Shown here: positions 1 to 13,567 of the stretch, in pieces
How the letters are laid out: every line of letters begins with the position of its first letter
Numbering within the stretch: position 1 is the first letter of the stretch
Assembly (NCBI GenBank): GCA_943704425.1
Contig: CALSCP010001860.1
Coordinates: forward strand, 1 to 40,565
Reading direction: 5' to 3'
From: Ministeria vibrans ATCC 50519
Lineage: Eukaryota > Protista > Filasterea
DNA: 40,565 bases
Position numbers and translations under genes: made by a program
Notes under the pieces: generated by a model
Told to the model about the DNA's origin: nothing
The model's input: only the letters and a program-made list of their open reading frames with translations
Database searches by the model: none

Positions 1-175
1 CCCCCCTCTTTAGGTCCCTTTGTCGGATGTAAAGGCTCTGCTCCGAAAGGAGAAGATTCCCGTGCGGCTATAAACGGAATTATTAAAATAATAAAAAGCT
101 TAAAATAAACTAATATGAATTTGTGGAGGGTCGTGGAGCGTTCTGCATTTTTTTTTTTTTTTTGCTACTCCTCCT

Positions 176-770
176 CTACCAGAGGGACGGGTTGACAACG
201 AGCTCCTTGAGAACACCAAAGTTGAGGGAGCCAAGGCCCGAGGCGCAGTCCCAGCCCTGCGTGGCAGCACATCCCTTGCAGACAAGGGCGCCGTTGTTGC
301 CCTGTGTGATGTCGTTGAAGGCGGCGGCGTGCGAGGCGGCGAGCGAGTAGAAGAGCGGGTTGACGAGACCCAGCGTAGACATGCCCTTGTTGAGGCGCAC
401 GTCGTTGAGCGCAGCCAGAATGCCCGAGACAGTGGGAGCCGCGCACGACGTGCCCGCGACGGGGATGCTCACCGCATGGTACACCACCTCAAACTAAGTC
501 AGGTGAGTGAATGAGTAAGCAAGAGTTGACCAAGCATTGTGGAGTACGTTGGTGGAAAAGGCAGTGACGTCGGGGTAGCCACGGCCGGTGGCGTTAAAGT
601 CCTTGCGGTCGGGGGCAACACCGCTGTCAAGGTAGTGCTTGACAGCGGCAGACTGCCACGATGGCTGGGCAAAATGGTTGGAGAAGCCACCGCCACCTTC
701 AGCCCACACACGGTCAGTGCCACTCGTGCCACCCACAGTGAGCACATGAGGAGAAGACGCAGGCCAGTCC

Positions 771-807
<37 letters not shown>

Positions 808-1610
808 TACATCAATCATAACTATTATTGGATACGCAGCACAAAAGCGTACGGAACAAAGACACCCTGGGAGTTGCAGCTGACGCCCGAGTCGCCCGCA
901 GCAAGGACCACTGTATGGCCAGTGCCCGAGAAGATGGTAAACTCATGCTCACAACGGTCAAGGTAGTCGTCGGGAATGGACGACTCAACGTCACCGTAGC
1001 TCACCGAGTGCACCCACGGCGCATCAGTCATGTTGTTGAGCATCACCAGCCACTCCACTAGTATGAAAAGAGACACAAGGAACACAACCGAGTCAGGACA
1101 TTAGCAGCACTGAGTCAACACTCAAAAATCTGTCTGTCGTACGGAATCCCTCTTGTCCCTTGTTGTCCAGGTCCTTGGTGTACACCACCCACGTATCGAC
1201 CTTCTTTCCACCAACCTACACAACCACAACCAACGTGTGTAAGCCACACACACATTTATATATGTACGTATATATAAGCCAATCCTTCACCTGGATGTAC
1301 TGCGTGTCAAGCTCAGCCTCAATGCCGGGCGACGTCGCAACGTTGTCGCCAACCTCCTTGGAGATGGGGTTGTTGGGCAGCGAGTACTTGGCTTGGAAGT
1401 GCGCCAGGTCAGACGGGCTGTAGTACTACACACACACACACACACACACGCAATGAATGTCAAAAAAGCTCACTACAATAAAAAAAATAAGTCTTACTTG
1501 CTTGAGGAACGACGCAACAGCCTGGCTGTTCTTGGGATTGGTCGACGTGTACGACGACAGGTTGTACGCCTAAATCATGCCATTTTTAACATTCATAATG
1601 CCGTTATGCT

Positions 1611-1661
<51 letters not shown>

Positions 1662-2483
1662 TGACCTGGTCAATCGTGTCGGGGGTGACGCCAAGCAGGT
1701 CAGGAGTGCGCTCCATCACCTTGGGCTTGCATGTGTTGAACGACGGCTGAGGGAACACGTCGAGACCGGTGACAAACGCACAGTGGGCGCTCACCTGAGC
1801 AGGCAGAGTGTACGCAAGAGTCTGCATCCAATTTTCAAAAAAAAAAAAAGTAAAATGTCAAACTTCGATGACATAAACAACAAAACAGAAAAGTGCAAAA
1901 AAAAAGCAAAAAAAAAAACTTACGCGGGTCACAAAGCGATCCATCTGCGGGTGGTAGTAGAGGCCATAGGTGGTCTTGAAGAGGGCGTTGGCCTGGGCAA
2001 TGGACAGCGTGGCAAACACGTAGTCGCGAGTGCGCGTCCAACGGCGCTGCGTGATCCCGTACGACTCGAGTTCGCGCTCCAGCGCCTCCACAACGGCGTC
2101 GGTGGGCCCGACGAGCTTCTGGATCTCTTCGTGGCTCAACCATTGGCCGTAGGTAGGCGAGTGCGGGTCCGCAGCGGCGTTGACGCGCGCGTCCAAGCTG
2201 GAAAACGAAAGGCACTCAAAAAAGAAGAAAAAAACACACACACACACACACAAAAAGAAACAAATCGCACTGCGTCGTACACGTCCATGTTGCGGTGTTC
2301 GACGGCAAACATCAGTTCCATCTCGAGGGTCTACAGAAGGGCGGCGAATGAGCTCTTATTCCGTTGTGGCATTGTCGATCGTACTTCGTCCGCAGCACCC
2401 ACAAAGGTCCAGCCCTCGTGCGAGAGGACGGGGGCGGCAGTCGCAGCCGCGATCAGAGCAGCAAGACAAAGAATAGTTCGCAT
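176..2483 (-). CDS. TPP1: Tripeptidyl-peptidase I / sedolisin (peptidase S53), secreted or lysosomal; multi-exon
   Basis: Signal peptide MRTILCLAALIAAATAAP; pro-domain motif DPHSPTYGQWLSHEEI; catalytic-domain motifs GIEAELDTQYI (Glu/Asp), VHSVSYG, AAGDSG (oxyanion Asp), PASSPHVLTVGGT, GGGGFSNHFAQPSWQ, GRGYPDV, GTSCAAP (catalytic Ser), GWDCASGLGSLNF (Ca site). GT-AG introns join the ORF fragments. Confidence 0.93.
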
Positions 2484-2616
2484 TGCAACAAATTGGAGTG
2501 AGAAGTGAGAACTGTCAAGTGTCAACTGAAAAAAACAGAGAAATGAGAACTGATATAACTATTAACTCAATAACTTAGTTAAATCTGGATAAAAATTAAA
2601 ATTGAAACTGTATTGC

Positions 2617-4330
2617 TCATTCGAGGTCGGAAACATCCTCCTCATCATGTTCGACACCATGCACCGCATACGGTACGTCGTCCTCATACATCTCCTCCTC
2701 GTCCTCCTCGTCCTCCTCGTCCTCATCCTCCGGCGCTCCTTCGGCCTTGAGTGTGACAAGCAGTGCGTCCATCTCTCGCGTCGCGTCTTCCGTCGTCGCC
2801 GTCTCGCCATCCTCTTCCTCTGTCACACACACGCTCGTGTTCTCTTCGGCAACTGCAACACCATCACCGCGCACAACGCCCTTCATGGCAACGGAAAGAC
2901 GCGCCACCGAGGCGACGCAGGCAGCGACAAGGACGTCGAGGCGCGCCTGAGTGCGCTGCACCAGCGATCCACTTCCACTCACACCACCCGTGTGATCGAT
3001 GCTGCTGTTGTTGTTGCTGTTGGCAAGTGCCGCGTACAGGTCGTTGAGAGACAGCTGGATGGCGTCCGTGAGAGGGGCGAGTCGCTGTGCGACGTGCTGG
3101 GGCATGTGTGCGGCCGCCGCAACAGCCGTGTTGCGCGCCGTCACAGCCGCATCCGCCGCCGCTGCCACAGCGGCCGTCAGCGCGGTGCTGCTCTCCATTG
3201 TACGACTTTGCGCCACCATTGCCGCTCGTTCCATGTTCTCTCGAGCATACACCACAATGAGCGACGCGTACTGCAATGCAGCCGTTGTCTCCCGTCGCTG
3301 ACGCACTCCCTCCAGTTGCTTGAGCGCACGCTGACGCAGACGCGCCTGGATCTTGCTTGTCAGACCCCACACACCCATCTGTTCCGTCTCTTCCTCCGTC
3401 GCACTGCTCGCACCTTCCTCATCGTCTTCCGCATCCGCATGTGCACCTGCGCCCAAGTCCTCCATCGCAATCGCCTCCTCCTCCTCCTCCGGCAAGAATC
3501 GCTCCACAGCACTATCCATGCTCTTCACAATGGTCTTCTGACTGCCTTCAATGGCCTTGGCCACCACCTGGCGGCCCTGAGCGATCAACTCCGTCGTGGG
3601 CTCCTGCACCAGACACCAATGAATAATAATAATAACAATAATAATAATAATAATAATAATAATACAACATGGTCAGGATCGAGACGCATAACTTCAACAT
3701 TCATTATTGTGTCGCTCGTCGGACCTTGATCACCGGAAAGCGCGTCTCAAGGCTGTCCAGCTGCTGACATCCAAACCGATCAATGGGCTCCAGGTGCTTG
3801 GAGAGCAGTGGCTAACACAATTGGAGAAAAAAAAGAAGAAAAAAAGAAGAAAAGAAAAAAAAAGAAAAAAAGGAGTTAAGGGACGACTTATCACGTAAGG
3901 GTTGAGGCACATGTCGCTTACAGCTGCGTGCGTCGAAATGGTGGTGAGCTGGCCCTCAATCGTCTCAAGGCTGCGTTGGACCACTGGATGGACACCCTTG
4001 GTCGATGAATAGAGCGACTACAGGGCACCCAGTGAGTGTGTGCGTGAAATTCCTCGTGAACTTTCGATTCACGTGAAGACAAAAAAAATATTCACGGGAA
4101 TTTTCGACAGAGGAGTCATGCGACTCATTGGAGCTCGGCAACGAGGTGAGGGAGATGGTATGGGCACTGGGGATGCATACCTGCGCGGTGGAGAGCGCCG
4201 ACGTGACGACAGGGATGGAGGAGACGCGAGAGAAGAGCGACGAGGTCGAAGCAGAAGGAACGGCCTCGGGCGATGCTGAGCCACCGTCGCCGCTGGCGGT
4301 CGTGGGGGGGTGTGCTTCAATCATAGTCAT
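2617..4330 (-). CDS. Perilipin (PAT-domain) lipid-droplet protein with acidic C-terminal tail; multi-exon
   Basis: Spliced N-terminus reads RVSSIPVVTSALSTAQ|SLYSSTKGVHPVVQRSLETIEGQL...|PLLSKHLEPIDRFGCQQLDSLETRFPVIK|EPTTEL, matching the PAT pattern RVxxLPLVSS...YxxTK..HP...ACxGLDxLExRLP. The later AVERFLPEEEEE resembles the perilipin VDxYLP motif. Confidence 0.72.
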
Positions 4331-4664
4331 GATCCTGTTGATTTGGTGTTTTCCTTCCTTGAGAGAGTGGTTGAAAATATTAAAAATTGTGAAATGTGAA
4401 TTGAAAATTAATATTCAATTTGATTAATTGCGACAAAAGCCCGACAAGAAACTTCCCCTACTCCAAACGACACTCAGCAAGATAAATTCGATATAATTAG
4501 CATAATATAAACGTATGTAACTATGTATACTGATATAACTAGTTCACTACGCTGCACTTCGTCGAAGACTCGGAGTACTTTATATCACTTTATCATAATT
4601 ATTCGAGATTCGAGATGAATAACTTTTCAATCATAGCATTTTTTTAATTTTTTTTTTCATTACA

Positions 4665-5263
4665 ATGAACGACGAAGAAAGAAAGGCACGCTTTGCCGCT
4701 GCTGCAGTCACAGTAGATTTTGTTGTCAAGACTGCTGCGGAGCCAGTCGTGTCATCACGGACACGCGTGGCCGGTGATTTCCATGATCATGCCACTCGAC
4801 GACTGCACACTCTCCTCGACTCTACTCTCGATGTGCGTCTCTCTCTCACACACACATACACACGCACTCCCCAGTCGCCCAAGAGCACCCTCCTTGCGTA
4901 ACCTGGCCTTGTGCGGTGTAGATCAGAGACGGCGTGTGGGCACAGGCGACGGAGAGTGACGCAGCACAGGGCGAGAGCGACGACTGGCGCCTTCTGACCG
5001 GAATGGCTCCTCTCGACCAGCTTGAGCAGCGACGTGCCGCAGCGACGCCTGCAAATCCGCGACACACACCCCCCGTGCGTGTTCCCGACGACGAGCAGCG
5101 CGCCCGGCTGCAAGCGGCCGCTGTATCCGCTGGTTTTGTGCACAGTCAACGCGACGCGTTTGTGGCGCTCGATTGTGCCCGCGCACGAAAGCCCATTGTC
5201 GCCGAGGCCGGGAACTCAACTGCCACGATACGAACACCGTTGAAAGCAACCTCGCTGGAGTAG
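4665..5263 (+). CDS. Small two-exon protein resembling Custos (C12orf43 family)
   Basis: Exons 4665-4832 and 4922-5263 (GT-AG, phase 0). Motifs EERKARFAAAAV, DFHDHATRRLHTLLD, DDWRLL and RARLQAAAVSAGFV resemble, in the same order, recalled Custos blocks (EFRAHVAKKLGALLD, DDGFRLF, RCREAAVSASDIL). Confidence 0.5.
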
Positions 5264-5384
5264 CTCTTGTAATGACAAAGCCAAATGTCAACTGTAAATT
5301 ATATAAAAATATTCATTCCCTTCTCTCTTCATCTCCTGATCTGACTGGAGGCATCCCCCCCCATTTCCTCACACAACGGCACTG

Positions 5385-6711
5385 ATGAAGGATAAAAAAG
5401 ACGTAGCGTCCGCAAGACGATCGGTAAGAGCGACGCGAGAGAGACAGAGAGAGCCAGACCGGTGCGATTCCTTCCGCCGTGCCATGTTGCGCTCCTCAGC
5501 GCATCGCAACGCAGCCGAGATGGCATCCCGCGACACTCGCACCAGTGTCGCACCACTGCACGCGACTGACCTGCCCCCCGTTGCCGTCCAGCGTCGCGAG
5601 GCCCACGCGCCCCTCGCGGACGAGCTCATTGCCGACGAAGCCCCTCGAGTGCACCCGAAGCGACAGGAGAAGCGCCGCGGACGCGCCACAGACGAGTCCC
5701 TGGAGGAGCAGGTAGGCTACACATGCGCGTGCTGCAGCCAAATGAGGCTGCTGTGCAATGGTGTGGGCCAACGAGAAACTCAACCCTTTTCCTTTTTCGC
5801 GTGTCTTGCGCGCGCTCTCTCTGTGTGTATCTCCCTCTCTGTTGCTGCCAGGGTGCCGTTGTGGACGATCGGTTGAGTCGACGGATCTTACAGCAGGCGC
5901 ACGAACAGCAAATGGAGGAGGAGGACGAAGCCGAAGTGCAGCGAAGCAGACTGGACAAGCACAAGCGCAAGGTGTCGAGTGCGCTCATGAGGTAGGCGGT
6001 GTGTTCTGCACGACTAGCGGTATCATCACACGCTCACCTCCATGATAGTAAAGGAAAGGGGTCAGCGATGAGAACGGGGGCAAGCGCGTCAGCATCATCG
6101 GCAGCAACGGCAGACTCGTCCGACGACGAGGACGAAGACGATGCAGCGACGAGTGCAGCAGCCACCGACATGGCCCGTCTCAAGGGCGAAGAGCTTCTTG
6201 AGGCATACGGCCTTAATGAACGCGACGAAGAGGCTGTGAACCGATTCATGTCCACAGACGCCCCACAGGTACGTCACAATAACACTAACATCCCATTAAG
6301 CGAAACACCCACTCACCCTCCACACATGAGTAGCGACGCACCTTGGGCGATTTCATTCGGGACCGAATCACAGAGCGAATGACAGAAGTGGCGTCACAGG
6401 CAGCACCCGAGAGCACTGCCCTCCCGCCTCTGATGCAGCCTAAAATCGAGGCAGTGTACCGCAGTGTGGGGGCTCTCCTCGCAAAGTACCGCTCTGGCAA
6501 GCTCCCAAAGGCCCTTAAACTTGTTCCGGTCCTGTCAAACTGGTACACTCTATATTGCATATGTATATCCTCTTATGCATATGGCTGTGTGTATGTGGTA
6601 GGGAGGACATTGTGTATCTAATGGAGCCCGACCAGTGGACTGCAGCGGCCATGTTCGCTGTCACGCGCGTGTTTTCGTCAAACCTCAATGCCAAGATGGC
6701 CCAACGGTACA

Positions 6712-6746
<35 letters not shown>

Positions 6747-7019
6747 AAAGTCACTTTTACTCGCTCATTGTAGCTCATTCACACACACACACACAATCTC
6801 ACTTGCATGTGCGACTCGCACGACTTAAGCAATCACTCGCGTACATTTTACACTCACACTTATTGGCTAATTAGATTTATGAACCTTGTGCTTCTACCGC
6901 GCGTCCGTGACGACATTGCCGAGTACAAGCAGCTCAACTACCATCTGTACCAGGCACTTGCCAAGGCCCTCTTCAAGCCAGCCGCCTTCTTCAAGGGCAT
7001 TCTCATTCCCCTCTGCGAG
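5385..7019 (+). CDS. BYSL: Bystin / Enp1 (40S biogenesis factor), 5' exons
   Basis: [103 protein letters not shown]; ends at a GT donor at 7020. Confidence 0.93.
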
Positions 7020-7132
7020 GTACAGACAGACTCATTGCTACGTGTGCCTATTGTGTTTCCGCTGCAATGCGACTGAAAACAGAGAGACTGATTGACAGAA
7101 GGAGAGTGCGTGTTATTCACCCAAATGTGTTT

Positions 7133-7237
<105 letters not shown>

Positions 7238-7318
7238 GCACAAATACAATAAAAATAATAATATTCCTTTTTTGTCCTGTTATTGTTTTAAGAAACAGAA
7301 AAATTAATCAAGGAACAA

Positions 7319-8823
7319 ATGGGGAAATCGTTGGCGGTCGTCGCGGTTGCATGTGCCATTGCTGCACTGGGGATGATACCTCTGGCGACGTCTGCGCAGT
7401 CGTCGGTGGGGTCGCTTTCGTCGTGGATGAGCACCGTGGCCAACCGCACTCTGCAGCAGGTGACGCTGCCTGGCACGCACGACGCAGGCTCGTACAACGT
7501 CACCGACGAACTTCAAGGAGTGCCCAATGTAAGCCAATGGAGCACCTGGCCCGCGGCAGTCTGACTCTGCGAGTGTCATATAGTATCTGAAGGAAATCGT
7601 CATAATCGCCGACAAGCTGCACCTGCCGGTCGGGGCCATCATCGACGCATGGGCTAAGTCACAGCGACAAGACTTCTACGGACAGTTCAACGGGGGCATC
7701 CGCTACGTCGACGTGCGCTGCTGCTGGGACGCCGCCAAGGATGAATGGCGCACTTGCCACGGCGCCGTCCTTGCCGGCCCGATGGCGCTCCTCCTGAACG
7801 ACACACAGCGCTTCCTGCGCGAGAATCCATCCGAAGTGCTTGTCATGGAGTTCTCACACCTTGCCGGCAGCCCTTCTCAGGCCAACGTGACCGCTCTTGT
7901 GTACGACAGTTGCCACGCAACACCAGTGCATTCATTCACCTTGCCTGTTTTCACCTTTCACCTTTCAGGTCAATGATTATGGCAAATCTGGGGAGCCAAC
8001 TGTACCGCACCTCTAACAAATTTAGCATGACGATTGGAGAGATGGCGGCCAAGCAGCAGCGGGTGCTGGTGACGCTGGACAACAGCGCGGCCGTCGCGGC
8101 CCATAGCGACCTGCTCTGGCCCGCCTCAACCATTATTAACTCGTACGCCAACTCTCCCGTCCTCGACACTATGGAGGCGTACAATGCCAAGAAGGCCGCT
8201 GAGTTTGCGGCACACGGTGTTTACGCTAACCAACTGTTCAAGATGAGCTGGACACTAACACCCAACGCGGAGCAGATTGAGAAGAGCATTCTGCCGGGTG
8301 AACCCAAGTCGCTCCTCCGTAAGCGACAATCGAGAGAGAGAGAGAGAGGGAGAGAGAGAGAGAGGAGAAAGAACAAGGCGATACAGAGAGAGAGAGAGAG
8401 GGAGAGAGAGAGAGAGAGGAGAAAGAAGCAAAGTGATACAGAAAGAGAGAGGAGAAAGAAGCAAAGTGATACAGAGAGAGAGAGAGGAGAAAGAACAAAG
8501 TGATACAGAGAGAGGAGAAAGACCAAAGTGATTCAGAGAGAGGGAGAGAGAGGAGAAAGAACAAAGTGATACAGAGAGAGGAGAAAGAACAACATGATAC
8601 AGAGGAAGGAGAAAGAACAAGGAAAAAGAAGAAAGTGATAGAGAATACTGACCCCCGCCCCTGTCCTTTAGACCTGGCGGACAAGGGCAATGAGGCACTC
8701 CCACACTGGTACGACACGGTCATTACGCCGCAGCACTACACGTATCCTGTGCTCGGCAACATTCTCATCATTGACGACTATGAGAATTCCGACATTGTCA
8801 ACATTGTCCTGCGCGGTCTCTGA
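7319..8823 (+). CDS. Secreted PI-PLC X-domain phosphodiesterase (PLCXD / bacterial PI-PLC-like); about 4 exons
   Basis: Signal peptide, then SSWMS...LQQVTLPGTHDAGSY (catalytic His), WAKSQ...GQFNGGIRYVDVR, TCHG (second His), FLRENPSEVLVMEFSH and NILIIDDY. Confidence 0.85.
8331..8645 (+). repeat. Intronic compound minisatellite: GAGAGGAGAAAGAACAAAGTGATACA units interleaved with (GA)n
   Basis: About 8 degenerate tandem units in the last PI-PLC intron. Confidence 0.9.
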
Positions 8824-8874
8824 TTGCGATGGCACAGTGCACACACATTCATATTTTCTCTCACTCATCGCCCC

Positions 8875-10525
8875 TCAGGCAAAGTCAACAGACCAAAAGT
8901 AGAGCAGACCTTCTGCGGCACCCAGCGCCTGGGGGAGACCCTCGAGACTGGAATCGAGCACAGTCTATCCATCGAAAGAGAGAGGGAAAGGAGGAAATGA
9001 GAAAAAGAAGGGAAAAAGAAAAAAAGAAAAAGTGATGGAAAGGAAGAACGAGGAGAGAAGCAAAGTGTTAGAGAGAAAACAAGTGTGTGGGTGTGAGAGC
9101 AAGAGAGTGAGTCAGTGTATGAATTTACCCGTCCCGTCTTGGTCTCGAGGACCAGCACCTGCAGACGCCCCGTCTCGCTGTTCCCACTCGCGTGGACCAT
9201 CAGCGCGTCGTCTGGTGCAAAGGTCGACAGCCACTCCTCAGTGCCCAGCGTCGTGTTGTGCTGCATGCACGCAACCAGCGTCGCATTGGCCGACGCCAGA
9301 TTCACCGTCGCAAACGCAAAATCTTCGTACGGATGCTACACAGCACATACCACTCCATCAGTTGCCACAACACACATATATATACATACACACACATAAA
9401 CAACACGAGGGTTATCGTGGACCACTTGACATTAGAGATACACCTTCGATTGTGTACCTTGCACTGTCCCTCAAATCCATAGACAAACCCGAGAATATCG
9501 CCATTTCCTCGAACCTGCTGCGCATACTTGTACTACACAGACAAGAAAAAAAAAGGACATGAGTGGAAAGCCGCTCGGAGTCTCTGACTCGTACGACTGT
9601 CCAGTCGTTTGCACGCGTGGCATTGATGAGTTTTCCTGTTGAGCCGTCAATGGCAAGAAGACAGTCGTCTGCGTCGTCTTTGCTGCACCGCTCGCTTTCT
9701 TCCCGCAGATCATACGATCCTTGAACCCACATCACGTCTGTTTTCGCATCGTAATAGTGTGAGTCGTCCAGAATCGCCTGAAAACAAACAAACAATGCAG
9801 TCATGGTTAGCCGAGAACGATTGGGTGCGCTCTTGGTCACTTTGAAAGGAATGTCTGAGAGACGCGTCACATGGCCCGCCTCACTCATTTCAACATATTG
9901 AAAGCAACCGTCGTCACAGTATCCCTCCTGCTCGACGTTGGCCGACAGTCCTTCGAAACGAGAGCAGAGTGTCAAAACCAACAGTGGACGAACCCGAACG
10001 CTGACGCTCACCTTGAAGCACATTGGCGGTGCCGTGCTTCTGGACAAAAAAGTTCTCATAGCCAGTCCAAAACATATCGTCGGGCTTGGCGCTGTGTTTG
10101 ACCACGCCTGAGTGCGTGAGACGGAGATTAAGCGGTGTTAAACAAAAAGACGCAATTTACCTTGTCGGACGTCAACGGTGGTGAACCAGCCCACATCGGA
10201 TGTAAAGTCAAGGTAGAGCAGGCCGTTGTCGTTGTCAAAGAACACCGTGGGGTCGTACAGGGCCGGACTGTGGAGTGGGAGTTGAGAATGTTTTGGTTTT
10301 TGCCTTTTCATCACAGTACCACCCGAAAATCTCTTTGGGCCAGTCGAAGGTGTTCACCACGCGGTAGGCACCAGTCAGAGTGTCCACAGAGACCACGGCC
10401 CCCTTGCTGGTGAAGTCTGTCGGACAAAAGGCGAGTGTAATGTACACAACTTGGGCGTTGGGACGCGCCGAAACGCCCGCAGCGAGAGCCACCAGCGTCA
10501 CGCCAAGAAGAGCCAGTGTGCGCAT
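8875..10525 (-). CDS. Uncharacterised secreted protein (about 8 exons), beta-strand and Cys rich
   Basis: Signal peptide MRTLALLGVTLVALAAGVSA. Exon fragments join through GT-AG introns to a C-terminus ...LEGLPQALGAAEGLLYFWSVDFA-stop (TGA at 8875-8877). No family recognised. Confidence 0.7.
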
Positions 10526-10632
10526 GTCAATCACGAGGAAGGTGAAAAAAATAAAAAATGTGTCAATGTGACTATATTTCACTATAAGAAGCCAAAATAG
10601 GGTTTGATCGTTTTTTCGCTTCATTGTTCTTT

Positions 10633-12272
<1,640 letters not shown>

Positions 12273-12956
12273 AAGAAAAAAATGAAAATATTTAAATGAA
12301 TAGAAAAAATAATAACAATCAGTTCGTCGAATTGTGTTGGTTTGAGCCAACGGCATGAAATCCGCATGTCATTCACCCACGCGGCGCGTGTGACTGCGTA
12401 AGCAAGTTAATAGTTATCTATTCACGAGTTGAAAGCACACGTGCGTCCTTCGGTTCGTGCATGGCTGACTTACAACACACTCACAAAGACAAACAACGAA
12501 CAAATCTTGCACACCATCCGCCAGCATGAGGTGAAAACAATCCGTAATGTATCCTCTCGTGTCAGACTGCCAGTGATGTGATGTCACTGATGTGCGCAAC
12601 AACGACACTCTCCTCTCTATTCTTTCTATGGGACAAACACTCTCACAGTCACAGAATTCCTCTGAAACTGGCTGGTCGCGCCAACTACCGCAGCAACGCT
12701 GGTACGACCGCATTGTCCATTGAATTAGATAGTCACTGTAACGACTGCCGCTACTCTTCATGCCTGGCGTAATGCTTTTCCCCACTTGCGACCAACATTT
12801 TCTCGCACTTTTCGCCACAAATCTTCTGGCGACCCATTCAGCCAAGCTAGAGCAACTCCCCTTTCCCGTTTGTTACTACTACTTACTATCATGGTATATA
12901 CAGGGCATGAATGAACAGAGACATCTCCGGCGGACGTATTGGCCGGGTGCGAGGTG

Positions 12957-12998
12957 TTTCGCGAAATTTCTCGAAAAACATCCGCGAAAATTATAAAA
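12957..12998 (+). promoter_or_regulatory. Four-unit heat shock element plus TATA box (Hsp20 copy 1)
   Basis: tTTCgcGAAatTTCtcGAAa at 12957-12976 is a perfect run of alternating nTTCn/nGAAn; TATAAAA at 12992-12998; ATG at 13103. Confidence 0.88.
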
Positions 12999-13102
12999 GA
13001 CCGCAAAAAATCGCACTTTATTCACTTTTTTTTCTCTCTTCCGTCTTTGAGAAACGTTAACCAACCCTCTCTACTACCTAAACCAGCCATCTATACATCA
13101 TC

Positions 13103-13567
13103 ATGAGCTTCTACGACAGCTTCCGCAACCTCCACCGCATGATGGACCAAATGTCGCGCTTTGACTTCCCTGCCGTCGACTATCCGGCCGACAGTGGCGC
13201 ATCTGCTGCGCTTGTGCCAGCGGCATCGCAGGAAGGACGCCTCAACCTGGATGTGCACGAAGACAGAGATGCCATTGTGGTGGCGGCCGACCTGCCTGGC
13301 TTCAAGAAGGACGAAGTCAAGGTGACATGTACCGACGGTGTGCTCACCATCACTGGCGACCGTGCCGGCTCGAGCGAGAAGGACGAGGAAGACGCGCAAG
13401 GCCGCAAGTGGCACGTGAAGGAATCGCACTCGGGCTGGGTCCAGCGCTCAGTGCGCCTTCCCAAGACCGCTGACGTCGACGGTGTCTCGACCACCTACGA
13501 GAACGGCCAGCTCAAACTGTCCTTTCCGAAGAAGGAGCACACCAACACCAAAACAATCGCTTTCTAA
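13103..13567 (+). CDS. Small heat shock protein (Hsp20 / alpha-crystallin domain), copy 1, intronless
   Basis: LDVHEDRDAIVVAADLPGFKKDEVKV...GVLTITG...QRSVRLP...YENGQLKLSFPK and a C-terminal IXI-like TIAF. Confidence 0.95.
   Translation: MSFYDSFRNLHRMMDQMSRFDFPAVDYPADSGASAALVPAASQEGRLNLDVHEDRDAIVVAADLPGFKKDEVKVTCTDGVLTITGDRAGSSEKDEEDAQGRKWHVKESHSGWVQRSVRLPKTADVDGVSTTYENGQLKLSFPKKEHTNTKTIAF

Noticed and set aside
2660-2730. FFAT motif in the perilipin acidic tail (EEEMYEDDV)
   Set aside because: Lacks the small residue (A/C) at core position 5; too weak to call.
1393-3729. Long + strand ORFs (1393-2508, 371 aa; 2602-3729, 375 aa)
   Set aside because: Antisense shadows of TPP1 and perilipin that run through microsatellites; no protein-like motifs.
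8331-8645. CRISPR-like appearance of the regularly spaced repeat
   Set aside because: Spacers are only variable-length GA, the context is a eukaryotic intron, and there are no cas genes.
12414-13064. Small ORFs upstream of Hsp20, repeated at 13794-14258
   Set aside because: They recur only because the promoter region is duplicated; no coding signature.
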